Source: a bacterium (GTDB lineage Bacteria; Zhuqueibacterota; Zhuqueibacteria; Zhuqueibacterales; Zhuqueibacteraceae). Taken from it: a stretch of 43,604 nucleotides of DNA. Below, one piece after another: positions 17,261-26,976 of this stretch. The stretch lies in contig JBIOXB010000073.1 of the NCBI GenBank assembly GCA_044869275.1, positions 1 through 43,604 of the forward strand, written 5' to 3'. Numbering within the stretch: position 1 is the first letter of the stretch; the number at the start of each line of letters is the position of its first letter. The position numbers and the translations under genes were made by a program. Below the pieces are notes generated by a model that was given only the letters and a program-made list of their open reading frames with translations, was not told the origin of the DNA and did no database searches.

Positions 17261-17862
17261 AGAGATACCCTAATACGCGTGCACTTCGGAACTTATCCTT
17301 AAGGGCTTCCGTGCAGGCTGCGAATTCAGAATGAGAACGGATTCTCCCCTTGAACGTATTAAACACATCTCCCACACGCACAGCCAATGCGTGGCAAAGA
17401 AACTGTCCTTCTCCGCCGAGAAATTGAGTCAAGAGGATGCCAGTGCGGGATGCATTGCGGGAGAAAGGGAAGGAATTTTGTAAACAAAGTTTTTACATAT
17501 TGGAATTCTGGAAAAAATGTAAAAATTACTCCCAGCGAAGTTTTCACTTCGAAAATAAAGTTGATTACTGTTTGAGCGTTAATTGTATTACAAAAACAGT
17601 ACCAGCGGTTGTGCTCCCCTCAGCCACGAGAAAGATGTCACCATTGGGACGGCGGCGCCAGAATTGTCGTATCGAATTGGCTTGCGCCTTTCGAAAGCTC
17701 TTCATGGCGTCTGTGCGAAGGCAATGTAGGCATCTGTTGGGTGGGTTGTGTGGCTGAGCAGAAGTCCTAAACCCAACGGTTGAGGGGAATTTAAATCCTT
17801 TTAACTTAAATGCAAGAAGAATTTCTGCGAGGAAAGGCTGGCAAGGCTAACTCCTTTCTAAA

Positions 17863-20800
17863 CTATTGCATCAACACCATTTTCTTAATTTGCCTGAAAT
17901 CGTTTACAGTAAGTCGATAAAAATAAATCCCGGAGGGCTGTGCCTTCGCTTCCCAGATGGTTCTATGAAAACCCGCTGGCATTTCGGCATCAATCAAGGT
18001 TTCGATTTCTTGCCCCAAGAAATTAAAAACTCCCAATCTGACGTGGCCGCGCAAAGGCAGGGAGAATTCAATCGTGGTTTGCGGATTGAAGGGATTGGGA
18101 TAGTTGTTTCCCAACTCGTACACGGCCGGCAGCACGGGCTGCGAACGTTCATTGAGGCGCGTGATGTTTAACGAAACATTTGCGCGCGCGCTGGGATTGC
18201 CGTTCATGTCGACTGCCGTCACAGCGTAGCTCACCATCTCACCTACAGTCACGGCGAGATCGGTGAAAGCCAAATCGGTCGTGATAGCCAGCAGCACCAC
18301 ACTCCCGTTTTTATAGAGGGCGTAATGGGCCAAGTCCTCATCCGCCACAGCCCGCCATTGCAGCCGGACCGCGGGCCGTTGATTCGCGAGAATGCGCGCG
18401 GCGGTGAATCCTGCGGGCACGCTTGGTGCCAGGTTATCGACAGAGTAGCCGCTGTCGATTTTGGCGTCCGCAAAGCGGCGGCCGCCGTCATACGCCGTTA
18501 CCATAAACGCTGTATAATTCATGCCGGTGAAGTTGGAATCGTTCAAAGTCGGCGCGGCAAGACTGTACGCTTCGAGCCCCGGGCTTGCCGGCATGCGCAC
18601 GAGGAAATCCCATGCGGCATTGCCGGCCACGACGACACGGTCGCCTGGCTTGCCGTTTTGAATGCCGTATTCATATAAAGCCGGCATACTGGGCACTTCA
18701 ATGGCGCGAAAATTACTATCTGCTGCGCCGGGATTTTTCACTCCGCGCCAGAGAGCATAATGTGAAATGTTGCGGCTGAACGCTTCGCTGGACGAAGGGA
18801 ACCAGCTCACCTGCACGCGCCTGCCTTGGTCAGCCGGCAGGTCCCGCACGAGAATGATTTTGGCACCGGGGAGCCAGGAAAGGCGCGCGCGAATTTGGCG
18901 GCCGAGACTCGAGGGCGACCAGCGCTTGCCATCAAAAAAGAAATTGTGTCCGGTGAAACGCGTGCCGCCGTCCATCAACAAGCGCGCGTTGCCATGGCTC
19001 ACGCTGAAATCCACCAAAACCACAAGCCGCTCGGCAGTTAAATCTCGGGCATTCACCTGCAAAACATGTGAAGAAAAATCGCGCGCCGGCACCGGCTCGA
19101 TCCCATCAAACAGGATCGTCTGCACAGTGGTGTCATTGCTCGCGGTCGCCACCACGAGACGCACTTGATCGCGGCTGTTGCTGCCATTGAATAAATCGAC
19201 TTTGACCTGATGCAGCGTATACTGCTGCACCCCGCCGCGCAAGTCCCTGTTGACCGTAAAGCTCACCAGGCTTTTGCTGCCGGTCACAAAGCCATTTTGA
19301 TGGAAGCGATCATCATAACCGAGCTCGGCAATGCCATGGGGATAAACGACGACGGGCGCAACGCTCAAGGTGTCGTTGGCGCGCCTGGTGTCATGAGCCA
19401 GTTCCGTCTGAGTCGACAATGTATAAATGCCGGCGCCGGGCGTTTTCCAATTTAAAATGCCCTCACCTTCCGAAGCAGAGGCGAGGTCGAAATTCAAAGG
19501 AGGCGAGGGCGCCAGCGCCGGGCCGCCATCAAGGCGATAGCGCACCGGCACCGCGTTTTGACTATGGGAGCCGTGATTGCCGACGCGAACCAGGGCTTGC
19601 TGCGCGGGCATCATTTCGACATTGGGAAAAGGGACGTCGAGATCGATCATCGCCACATCGTCAGCGACGCCGGTGATCGCCTCGAGAGCAATCTCATCAA
19701 TGAAAATGCCGCGGCCGTTACCCTGAGCGAGGCTGCCGTTGGTGACCCAATGAAATGCCAGCCGGATCGAATCGCCCGGCACCAGACCGGCCGCGCTGTC
19801 AAGAATATTCAATGACCCGCGATCGATACTCGTACTGTCTCTTTCCACCCACAATGCCGCGGGGTTGGCAGCGTCCTTGTCAAAGTCCAGGCCGATAAAC
19901 GCATCGCCGCCGGCAAAACCCCATTTCGTCATTGTGGTCCTGCCGTCGTCTCCGCCGTTGTCGGAAAACAGCACCCTGGTGCCGTCTTTTACGGCAATGT
20001 CATCGAGGAACCAGCGTGCGTTCGGCTGCGAAAAGCCGAAATCGGAAATAAATCGAAAGCGCAAACGGATTTTTTTGCCGGCATAATTCCTGAGATTCAG
20101 TGCCACGCTGCTGTAGAGGGCGCGAATGCCGGAGTAACGCGCGAGAGTCTTGTATGTGGCGAACTGATCCGTGGAAAGATCGACGGCGCAGTAATCGAAA
20201 TTCGGCTCGGTGGCATAGAGCTGCACGAAGCTCAAGGCGGGATTCACCGCGCCCGCAAGATTGATTTCAGGCGTGGCAATGGATTGCACGTTGAAAGCGC
20301 CTTGGGCCTCAATGGGACTTTGGTGCAACGCCCAGTGGCTGCTTCCCGAGAAGGGCGCGACGGATTCGAACTTCCACAACGCCGTGGCGCGGCCCGCGCG
20401 CACATAGTAAAAATCCTGCAGATTGCCTTCAAACTCGACGTCTGGCGCGTGCAGATCGAGATAAAAACGCACGCATGCCTTGAGCAGCGGCTCGCCGTCG
20501 AGGGATCGGGGAAGATGGATGATCGGCGAGATCAATAGATCGATGGCGGTGTTTTCGTTGTCGTCGTTGCGCCACGCGTGCTTGGGGCTCGGCGGCTCTT
20601 GTGCGATCGTATCCACTCGCGCCCAGCCGCTGTGGTCGCCGAATACGAAACCGGCATCGGGATTGCCGGAACGGACCGGAGTATTGGTCCAACTGGCGAC
20701 TGGTGTCCATGGCGCTTGACTGCCTTCAAAATCGTCTTCCCATAGAATCGTCGCCGCAGAAGTTGTGCGGGAATTCGTCAGCGCAGGCGAGGGCGCTTGG

Positions 20801-20973
20801 TTCGTCAGCCAAATAGGTTTCTTGAACGGAACCCTGTTTTCCTGGTTGCTGGTTTTCCGCGCATGCGCATTTTTCCTCTCGCTTGTGCGCGCGGATGAAG
20901 CCAGCCCGTTTAGGCTGAAAATAAAAAAAATGCCAATCACCAGCCTGCTCCCAGCCGGTACGGCCTTTCGCAT
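17863..20973 (-). CDS. Type A T9SS-CTD secreted protein with jelly-roll (MAM/InhA-like), CARDB-like and FN3-like domains
   Basis: Signal peptide. TEPNFD..IRLRFRFISD..WFLDDI, DQGRRVQVSW, DNLAPSVP, YAVTAVDMNGNPS, and C-terminal NYPNPFNPQTTIEF..PSGIYFYRL..KKMVLMQ. Confidence 0.85.
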   Translation of the reverse strand: MRKAVPAGSRLVIGIFFIFSLNGLASSARTSERKNAHARKTSNQENRVPFKKPIWLTNQAPSPALTNSRTTSAATILWEDDFEGSQAPWTPVASWTNTPVRSGNPDAGFVFGDHSGWARVDTIAQEPPSPKHAWRNDDNENTAIDLLISPIIHLPRSLDGEPLLKACVRFYLDLHAPDVEFEGNLQDFYYVRAGRATALWKFESVAPFSGSSHWALHQSPIEAQGAFNVQSIATPEINLAGAVNPALSFVQLYATEPNFDYCAVDLSTDQFATYKTLARYSGIRALYSSVALNLRNYAGKKIRLRFRFISDFGFSQPNARWFLDDIAVKDGTRVLFSDNGGDDGRTTMTKWGFAGGDAFIGLDFDKDAANPAALWVERDSTSIDRGSLNILDSAAGLVPGDSIRLAFHWVTNGSLAQGNGRGIFIDEIALEAITGVADDVAMIDLDVPFPNVEMMPAQQALVRVGNHGSHSQNAVPVRYRLDGGPALAPSPPLNFDLASASEGEGILNWKTPGAGIYTLSTQTELAHDTRRANDTLSVAPVVVYPHGIAELGYDDRFHQNGFVTGSKSLVSFTVNRDLRGGVQQYTLHQVKVDLFNGSNSRDQVRLVVATASNDTTVQTILFDGIEPVPARDFSSHVLQVNARDLTAERLVVLVDFSVSHGNARLLMDGGTRFTGHNFFFDGKRWSPSSLGRQIRARLSWLPGAKIILVRDLPADQGRRVQVSWFPSSSEAFSRNISHYALWRGVKNPGAADSNFRAIEVPSMPALYEYGIQNGKPGDRVVVAGNAAWDFLVRMPASPGLEAYSLAAPTLNDSNFTGMNYTAFMVTAYDGGRRFADAKIDSGYSVDNLAPSVPAGFTAARILANQRPAVRLQWRAVADEDLAHYALYKNGSVVLLAITTDLAFTDLAVTVGEMVSYAVTAVDMNGNPSARANVSLNITRLNERSQPVLPAVYELGNNYPNPFNPQTTIEFSLPLRGHVRLGVFNFLGQEIETLIDAEMPAGFHRTIWEAKAQPSGIYFYRLTVNDFRQIKKMVLMQ

Positions 20974-20991
20974 ATATGCTCCGTGCTCCGT

Positions 20992-22296
20992 TCACTCCAT
21001 TTCTTCCCGAAAATAAGGCTCGACCCTCTCGCCATTGTGTTTGAGCTGGACCTTGACCGGCAATGCCGTGGCCTTGCCGGTCCAGCCTACGCGCACGACC
21101 TTTTCCCACAAATCCTGCGGGAACACAATTTCCCATTTCTGCGTGGTGAAATTCTGCCAGGCTTCACTATCGGATTGCTGGCGGAACTTTTCGACGATTT
21201 GCGCCAGCAAGCCCGGCGCGATTTTTTCTACCTGCTCCGGCGCAATGGCTTCCTGCTGGTCGAAGAACTGTTGCATGTAGCCCGCCACCTCGAACGCGCC
21301 GCCCTTGCTCCAGACGTGCCGCCACACGGCGACGATCATCCTGATATCCGACCAGGTTTCGCGCAGTCGCGATGCTTTTTTCTCGCTGAATATCCGGCTT
21401 CTGACCAACTGCGGCCAGACGCGCATGAAATATTCGATGATGCGGTCGTTTTTTTTGAACGTGCGCATGTGCCGGCCCAGCAGGATGCCGAACCAATCCG
21501 AAGAACGGTCTTCGATGGTGTCCGCGCTGGCGGCAAAGCCCCACAAAAAATCGGCGAGCCAGCGGCCCAGGCGGTTTTCTTTCTGGTTGCGCCAATCCGC
21601 CAGCCATTTTTGTTGCCGCAGCCAGCGCTGCCGGCGCTCGATCTGCTCGCCGCGTTTCTTGCCTTCCTCTTCTCCATATAGATACGCCACAGCGGCGCAG
21701 TTGAAGAAATGACCCAGGTCCAAAATGCCGCAGTAACGGCCGAGCACGTAGCGATTGTAAAAGCCGGTTTGTTCGTCCGGCTCGCCGATGCCCGGTGAAA
21801 ACGTCCACGCCAGCACGATGAGACTGGCGAGATTGTCAACCGCGGCGGTCAATCCCACCAAGATGCGGCGATAGACGTAGCGCCATAATCGCTGTTTGAA
21901 TGACTGGGCCTCTTCGACCTCGCGATATTTCTCGCGCAGCATCAATTCCATGAAAGGCAATACCGCAAAACGATAGTTCTGCCGGACAATATCAACCGCG
22001 CCCGGCATGTTCCACAGCGTCAACTGCGCGGCCAAGCGGCCGAGCCGATTCACCAGATCTTCATAGGAGATCGCGGCCTGGTCCGGCTTGACACAGCGAA
22101 GAAAACGGCGGGCGCGCGGCGGCAGCAGCGGCCAGAGCACGTCGCGCAGCAGGTAAAGGTCTTTTTGACGGAAATCTGCCACCTGTGCCAGCGCTTTTTG
22201 CATAACCCGTAACGCTTCTTCCGCGCTGACGAAGTATTCCCGCTTTTCCGGAAACCGGTCGTGTCGATCAGAAATTTTTATTTCGGGTTCGGGCAT
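20992..22296 (-). CDS. Hypothetical protein
   Basis: 434-aa ORF co-oriented with its neighbours and ending 18 bp before the next start. Contains DLGHFF and EDRSSDWFG segments. Confidence 0.75.
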   Translation of the reverse strand: MPEPEIKISDRHDRFPEKREYFVSAEEALRVMQKALAQVADFRQKDLYLLRDVLWPLLPPRARRFLRCVKPDQAAISYEDLVNRLGRLAAQLTLWNMPGAVDIVRQNYRFAVLPFMELMLREKYREVEEAQSFKQRLWRYVYRRILVGLTAAVDNLASLIVLAWTFSPGIGEPDEQTGFYNRYVLGRYCGILDLGHFFNCAAVAYLYGEEEGKKRGEQIERRQRWLRQQKWLADWRNQKENRLGRWLADFLWGFAASADTIEDRSSDWFGILLGRHMRTFKKNDRIIEYFMRVWPQLVRSRIFSEKKASRLRETWSDIRMIVAVWRHVWSKGGAFEVAGYMQQFFDQQEAIAPEQVEKIAPGLLAQIVEKFRQQSDSEAWQNFTTQKWEIVFPQDLWEKVVRVGWTGKATALPVKVQLKHNGERVEPYFREEME

Positions 22297-22375
22297 GTTT
22301 ACGGTATGATAGACTATGCCGGATTTGCAGCCACGCTCAAAACCGGTGATCTTCGAGCGGCTTCAAATCAAAAGC

Positions 22376-22438
22376 TTTTGAACACGGATTTGCTCTATCC
22401 GTCTTAATCCGCGCAATCCGTGTCATCCGCGTTCAAAA
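22376..22438. repeat. ATCCG short-period repeat in a hairpin
   Basis: ATCCG at 22397, 22407, 22416 and 22425. TTTTGAACACGGAT pairs with ATCCGCGTTCAAAA with one mismatch. Confidence 0.8.
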
Positions 22439-22519
22439 AAATAATCAGAAAACTTTCAAAAATGTATTCTGAACGTCTCGGCGTCGCTGCGTGCGCTCTT
22501 GGCGCTTGCGTCTTTCGGC

Positions 22520-25500
22520 TCATGCACTCTGGCTTCCCAGCTTGAACGCCAGTTCATTCTTCTCCGCCTCGAAGCGCACGGAAAATTCCCTCTCATTCGA
22601 AATGAATAAGTTCAGCAACAAGCCCATTTGATTGCAACGCTCGTTCTCCAGCAAATGCGCGGCGTAGAAAAACAGTGCACCGAGATAGTGGTACAATTTG
22701 CTTTGCGCGTCAACGCGGGTCCACTCTTTGCCGAGCTTCAGGGCTTTCAGAGTCGTGGCCACGACTTCTTTGTGGGACAACGCGCGCTCGACCAGTGAGA
22801 GTTTCTGCGCCTCGGAAGCCGTGCGCAACAAATCGCCGAGATCGAGAATGATTTCCAATTGAGGTGAAGTGTTCGGGCGGTTTTCCAAATGGCGCAAAGC
22901 CCACACTTGGGCGGTGCTCAGCGCCGGGCCGCGCATATCCGCTGCCAGCGGCCGCAAATCGATGCTCCGCACGCTGCTGAAATCATCCACTTCCTCCCAG
23001 GTGGCGAGATGCTGCGTGTTTTCTTCCAGCGCGGTGGTTTGATTGAAGCACTTCGCCAAAAATACTTTCACCTTTTCTCTGAACCGCTCGACATGCTTGG
23101 GCGTGCTGCCATGCAGCTCCCAGGGCATATAATTCGGCTCTTGCGAGTTCTGTTCCCAATAAAACAATTTCGCCTGGCCATAGGCCGTGATCTCGACGCC
23201 CCACAGTACGCCTTCCCACCAGCCGCAGGTGCCGCTATTATAATAAGGTGTTGGAAGTTTGATCGCCACCTCTTTTTGCAGGCCGGGCACTTCCAAGTTT
23301 CCCAGGCACAAATGCGGCCGGCTTTGTGGCCAGTGCGTGTGACCCACGAGAATCTGCACCTGCAACAGGCCCTTGGCCCCGGGATATTTCAATGCCAGCG
23401 CCAGCGCCGCGGTCAGCGTCTCGCAGTAATAAATATTGTCCACGATTTTGCGGCCGCCTTCTGCCTGCTCGATTCGACGCGACCAGCGTTTGGCCGAGTC
23501 CGGCGGCAGCCAATTCTCCACTTGCGGAATTTTGATCAACAGATCTTCGAATTTGAGGATGGGATTGCCACCCAAATCGATGCCGCGCAGGTGATAGGGA
23601 AAAGTGGTCATGCCGTCCATGATCACGCCGATGGAATTCGCCAGAATCTTGCCGATTTCGTTGTGCTCGTCGCAATTCCAAAAATCGGTTTGATGGCCGT
23701 GCATGATGAACAGCGGCTTGCGCTCGCGATAACGCTCCGGGCTGAGGCCGACCGGAATCAGGCCGGCCAGCTCCTCGACGTCCACCGGTTCTTTGTGTTT
23801 CTTCGCCGCGCGAATTCTTTTGAGAATGCCGAGGTAATCATCTTCCATCGTCAGAATGTCTGGAATGATGAGCGCGTCCCAGACTTGAAATGAAACCGGG
23901 CCATGATTGAACCATGCCTCGCGCAGAATCTGCTCGTTCTCCGGGGCGAGCGCCCAGAAATCATCGTGGTTGCCGCGCGTGCGAAAATAGCGGCCCTCGC
24001 TGTGCAACGCCGACAGCATTTCATAAACCTCGCGATGAATGCCGTCGCGCGCAATAATGCGTTCCGCGCGCGCTTTCACGCCCGCATGTTTTTTCACCGA
24101 AGGCACGATCCACAGCTCTTCGCAATCGCCGTTTTCGATGACAATATCGCCGCGGTCGCGATAGTAGCGCAGCGCGCGCAGAAACAAGTCACGATTCTTC
24201 GAAAAATGCGACAAATCGAAGAAATCTTCGTCGACGCGGTCGTCGGGCGCATCGCGATGCACGTCGGAAAAAATCACATACTGGCAGTGGTCTTTAACCG
24301 GCGCAGGCAGGGTATGAATTCGGAGCGCGCGATCTTTTTGTATGATCTTGTCCGCCTCCTGGCCGATCCATTGAAAGACTTTCATCGGTGTCTGGAGCGC
24401 CTGTACTAATTTTGGAAAGAGCAGCACGATCATGCCCGGCACTTTGGCCAAATGCAGCCAGATTTCACCGGCCAGCTCATGCTGGAATGGCAGGGCATTG
24501 AAAAACTTCGTGGTGAATTTTTCGATCGCGGGCAAGTCGTGAAAATAATCCTGTAAAAAAGATTGGATGCCGGCACCGAGCAAATGCACCCGCCGCGGCA
24601 CCTGTGCCGCTTCATTTTGGGGAAGAGCAGTAGCGTCCGCCAGTGCTACTTCCTCTTGCCGCTCACCGGCGCCCACCCACGCCAGCAAACGCGGCATCAT
24701 TTCATCCAAACCGTTTTCACTGGCCACGCCGCTGCCGCTAATCGCACTGAACAGCCGCGCAAAAAAATGCTCTTGACCTTTTTCCGTTTGCAGAGGAATG
24801 TCCAGCAATTCTTCAACGCGGTTAAAAGTTTCCATTCCACAGGCAAACAGCTGCTGGATCACCGGCTGGAGCATGGCCGCGCCTTGCTGATAAAGTGTGT
24901 ACAACAGCGAAGCTTTCTCGTAGCGCTGCTTGGAGCCCAGCGCTTGCAACACCGTCTGCAAATCGGAGGATTTTTCTGCCTCCTCATTTTTCAACACCGT
25001 ACCGATCAGTGCGGCGGGATCGAGCTGAGTATTCTCCAGCAGCTTGTCGATCGTTTCCGCAAACACTTCTTTGACTTTGAGTGCGCCCGCCACGAGCGTT
25101 TGCCAATCCGCGACGCGGCCGCCTTGGGCGTCGGTGAGCAGGGACAGCAGCGTTTCTTTGGCATTGGTTTGCGGCAGCAATTGCAGCACATTTTCCACAG
25201 GAATTTGTTGGACCAGCGCTTTCAACCAATGCTTTTGCTCCTGCGCGGAGGAAACGGCTTCGGTGATCAGCTCGAGAAACCCGCGTTTGCTGGCCAGCCC
25301 ACGCTCGAACATCCAGGGCAGAAGCCGTGCTTTTTCATGCTGCGCCGATCGCGCCGCGCTGCGCAAAACATTCCCCGCAATTTCGTCCGTGGAATGCCAT
25401 TGCTGCACCCGCCGCAGTGCCGATTCCATGCCCTTGTGCTTGGCCGCGACGGCGCTCACCAGCTCCCGATAAGCAGGGCGCAACGCAGTTTCGATTGCAG

Positions 25501-26284
25501 CCCGATTCGCCGCGGGTTCGCTTCCCGGCAAACTGCGCACACGCGCGGAGGAGCGCGTCTTGGCCCGGGGCCGTGTGCGCAAGACCTGGCGGCGAATTTT
25601 GACTTCGTCCCCGCGATACCGCTGCCAAAGCTGAAAGGCATAGGCAGGCCCGCAGCCAAATTCGAGGCGCAAAGCCGCGAGCTTCTGCCAAGTGACATAA
25701 TCCTGCTTCTGCAAAGCAGGAAGAAACTCACGCTGCAAGGCTTCCCAGGAAATCTCGCGCACTTGTGATAAGGTCTTCACACCTTGCGCAAATAGAGCAA
25801 CCGCGTGCACAGGCGGGAGCGGCTCGATTTCCAGTGCAAGCGGCAGGCGTTCCGGTACGATATGCGGAGGAATGCTCTGCGCAATGAATTTCCACGCACG
25901 CAATTTAGCGGAGGAAATTTTTCCTCGCACGGCTTCGGAGTCAAGATTTGCCATGTGCGCAACGGAAGCGACTCCGGCTTGCGCCAATACCTGCGCTTCC
26001 TTTTTGCCCAAGCCCGCAAACACCGTTTGCAGCAGGGCCTGCCGCTGCCAGCCTTGCCATTGTTGGCGCGAGACGCGGGTGTCAATTTGAACAAGCGTTT
26101 CGATCCCGGCGTCACGCAAATCGGCGAGCGTGCGCAGGCCTTGCGCCGCCAGCTTGCGCCCGAGCAGTGGCGTGAGACTGTGAATTTTTTGGGGAAGTGA
26201 GGAAGCGCGGGTTGCCATGGGACCTGAGGAGGTTGGCGACTTCAAAGAGCGGCCTCGCTGGAAATTTTCAGAAGTGAAAATCAA
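22520..26284 (-). CDS. HhH/DUF4332-like N-terminus fused to a calcineurin-like metallophosphoesterase
   Basis: Repeated LxxxG(L/V)xTL helix-hairpin-helix-like units and AGLGKKEAQVLAQAGV. Phosphoesterase motifs SDVH, GDCEE, GNHD, HGH, GHTH and NSG. ATG at 26218 is an alternative start. Confidence 0.8.
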   Translation of the reverse strand: MIFTSENFQRGRSLKSPTSSGPMATRASSLPQKIHSLTPLLGRKLAAQGLRTLADLRDAGIETLVQIDTRVSRQQWQGWQRQALLQTVFAGLGKKEAQVLAQAGVASVAHMANLDSEAVRGKISSAKLRAWKFIAQSIPPHIVPERLPLALEIEPLPPVHAVALFAQGVKTLSQVREISWEALQREFLPALQKQDYVTWQKLAALRLEFGCGPAYAFQLWQRYRGDEVKIRRQVLRTRPRAKTRSSARVRSLPGSEPAANRAAIETALRPAYRELVSAVAAKHKGMESALRRVQQWHSTDEIAGNVLRSAARSAQHEKARLLPWMFERGLASKRGFLELITEAVSSAQEQKHWLKALVQQIPVENVLQLLPQTNAKETLLSLLTDAQGGRVADWQTLVAGALKVKEVFAETIDKLLENTQLDPAALIGTVLKNEEAEKSSDLQTVLQALGSKQRYEKASLLYTLYQQGAAMLQPVIQQLFACGMETFNRVEELLDIPLQTEKGQEHFFARLFSAISGSGVASENGLDEMMPRLLAWVGAGERQEEVALADATALPQNEAAQVPRRVHLLGAGIQSFLQDYFHDLPAIEKFTTKFFNALPFQHELAGEIWLHLAKVPGMIVLLFPKLVQALQTPMKVFQWIGQEADKIIQKDRALRIHTLPAPVKDHCQYVIFSDVHRDAPDDRVDEDFFDLSHFSKNRDLFLRALRYYRDRGDIVIENGDCEELWIVPSVKKHAGVKARAERIIARDGIHREVYEMLSALHSEGRYFRTRGNHDDFWALAPENEQILREAWFNHGPVSFQVWDALIIPDILTMEDDYLGILKRIRAAKKHKEPVDVEELAGLIPVGLSPERYRERKPLFIMHGHQTDFWNCDEHNEIGKILANSIGVIMDGMTTFPYHLRGIDLGGNPILKFEDLLIKIPQVENWLPPDSAKRWSRRIEQAEGGRKIVDNIYYCETLTAALALALKYPGAKGLLQVQILVGHTHWPQSRPHLCLGNLEVPGLQKEVAIKLPTPYYNSGTCGWWEGVLWGVEITAYGQAKLFYWEQNSQEPNYMPWELHGSTPKHVERFREKVKVFLAKCFNQTTALEENTQHLATWEEVDDFSSVRSIDLRPLAADMRGPALSTAQVWALRHLENRPNTSPQLEIILDLGDLLRTASEAQKLSLVERALSHKEVVATTLKALKLGKEWTRVDAQSKLYHYLGALFFYAAHLLENERCNQMGLLLNLFISNEREFSVRFEAEKNELAFKLGSQSA

Positions 26285-26366
26285 TGCCCGCTGCGCCCGC
26301 GCCTAACACGGCAACGCGCGGCCAATCGTTTTTTGGCAAGCGACCTCCCGAAGGTGGACTCGGCGC

Positions 26367-26960
26367 CTAAGCCGCAGGCTGCCAATCATACTCGATATAC
26401 GTCGCGGTTTCGAGCGCCTGTTCTTTTCCCAGCAGCCGCGCAATGACATGAAACGAGGCGTCGATACCCGCCGCCACGCCCGCGGCGACGATCACCTTGC
26501 CGTTGTCAATGAAACGACGTGACGCCTCGATCGTGGTACGCGGTGCCGCTTGCCGCAATTCTTCCACGGCGCCGTGATGCGTGGTCGCGGCCAGGCCGTC
26601 GAGAAATCCGGTTTTGGCCATAATCAATGCTCCGGTGCAAATGGAAAGCACGAGTTCTGCATGCGGAAAGCAAGCGCGAAGCCATGCCAAAGCGACGGGG
26701 TTTTCCATTTCGCGGCGCGTACCAAAGCCGCCGGGAATGACCAGCAGATCGGGCGTGGGGCAACTCGTGAAATCATATTTAGGATTCACGCTCAATTCAT
26801 TACGCGCGAGAACGGCGCGGCGCGTTTCAGCAACGGTGTAAACATTAAAAGGCTGCATGCCCTGCCGGCGGCCGGTGACGGAGAATACTTCGAACGGCCC
26901 GCAGAAATCCAGCACTTCAACTTCGTCGAAGATGAAAATGGCGACGTTGCGGGTTTTCAT
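26367..26960 (-). CDS. DJ-1/PfpI family protein
   Basis: VEVLDFCGPFEVF, LVIPGG, SICTGA (catalytic Cys), ATTH, AGVAAGID. Confidence 0.9.
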   Translation of the reverse strand: MKTRNVAIFIFDEVEVLDFCGPFEVFSVTGRRQGMQPFNVYTVAETRRAVLARNELSVNPKYDFTSCPTPDLLVIPGGFGTRREMENPVALAWLRACFPHAELVLSICTGALIMAKTGFLDGLAATTHHGAVEELRQAAPRTTIEASRRFIDNGKVIVAAGVAAGIDASFHVIARLLGKEQALETATYIEYDWQPAA

Positions 26961-26976
26961 GAGGGGTCCTTTTGCT

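Noticed and set aside
17425..17445. Sigma54 promoter TGGCATCCTCTTGA on the minus strand
   Set aside because: GG-to-GC spacing and the -12 GC do not fit the consensus.
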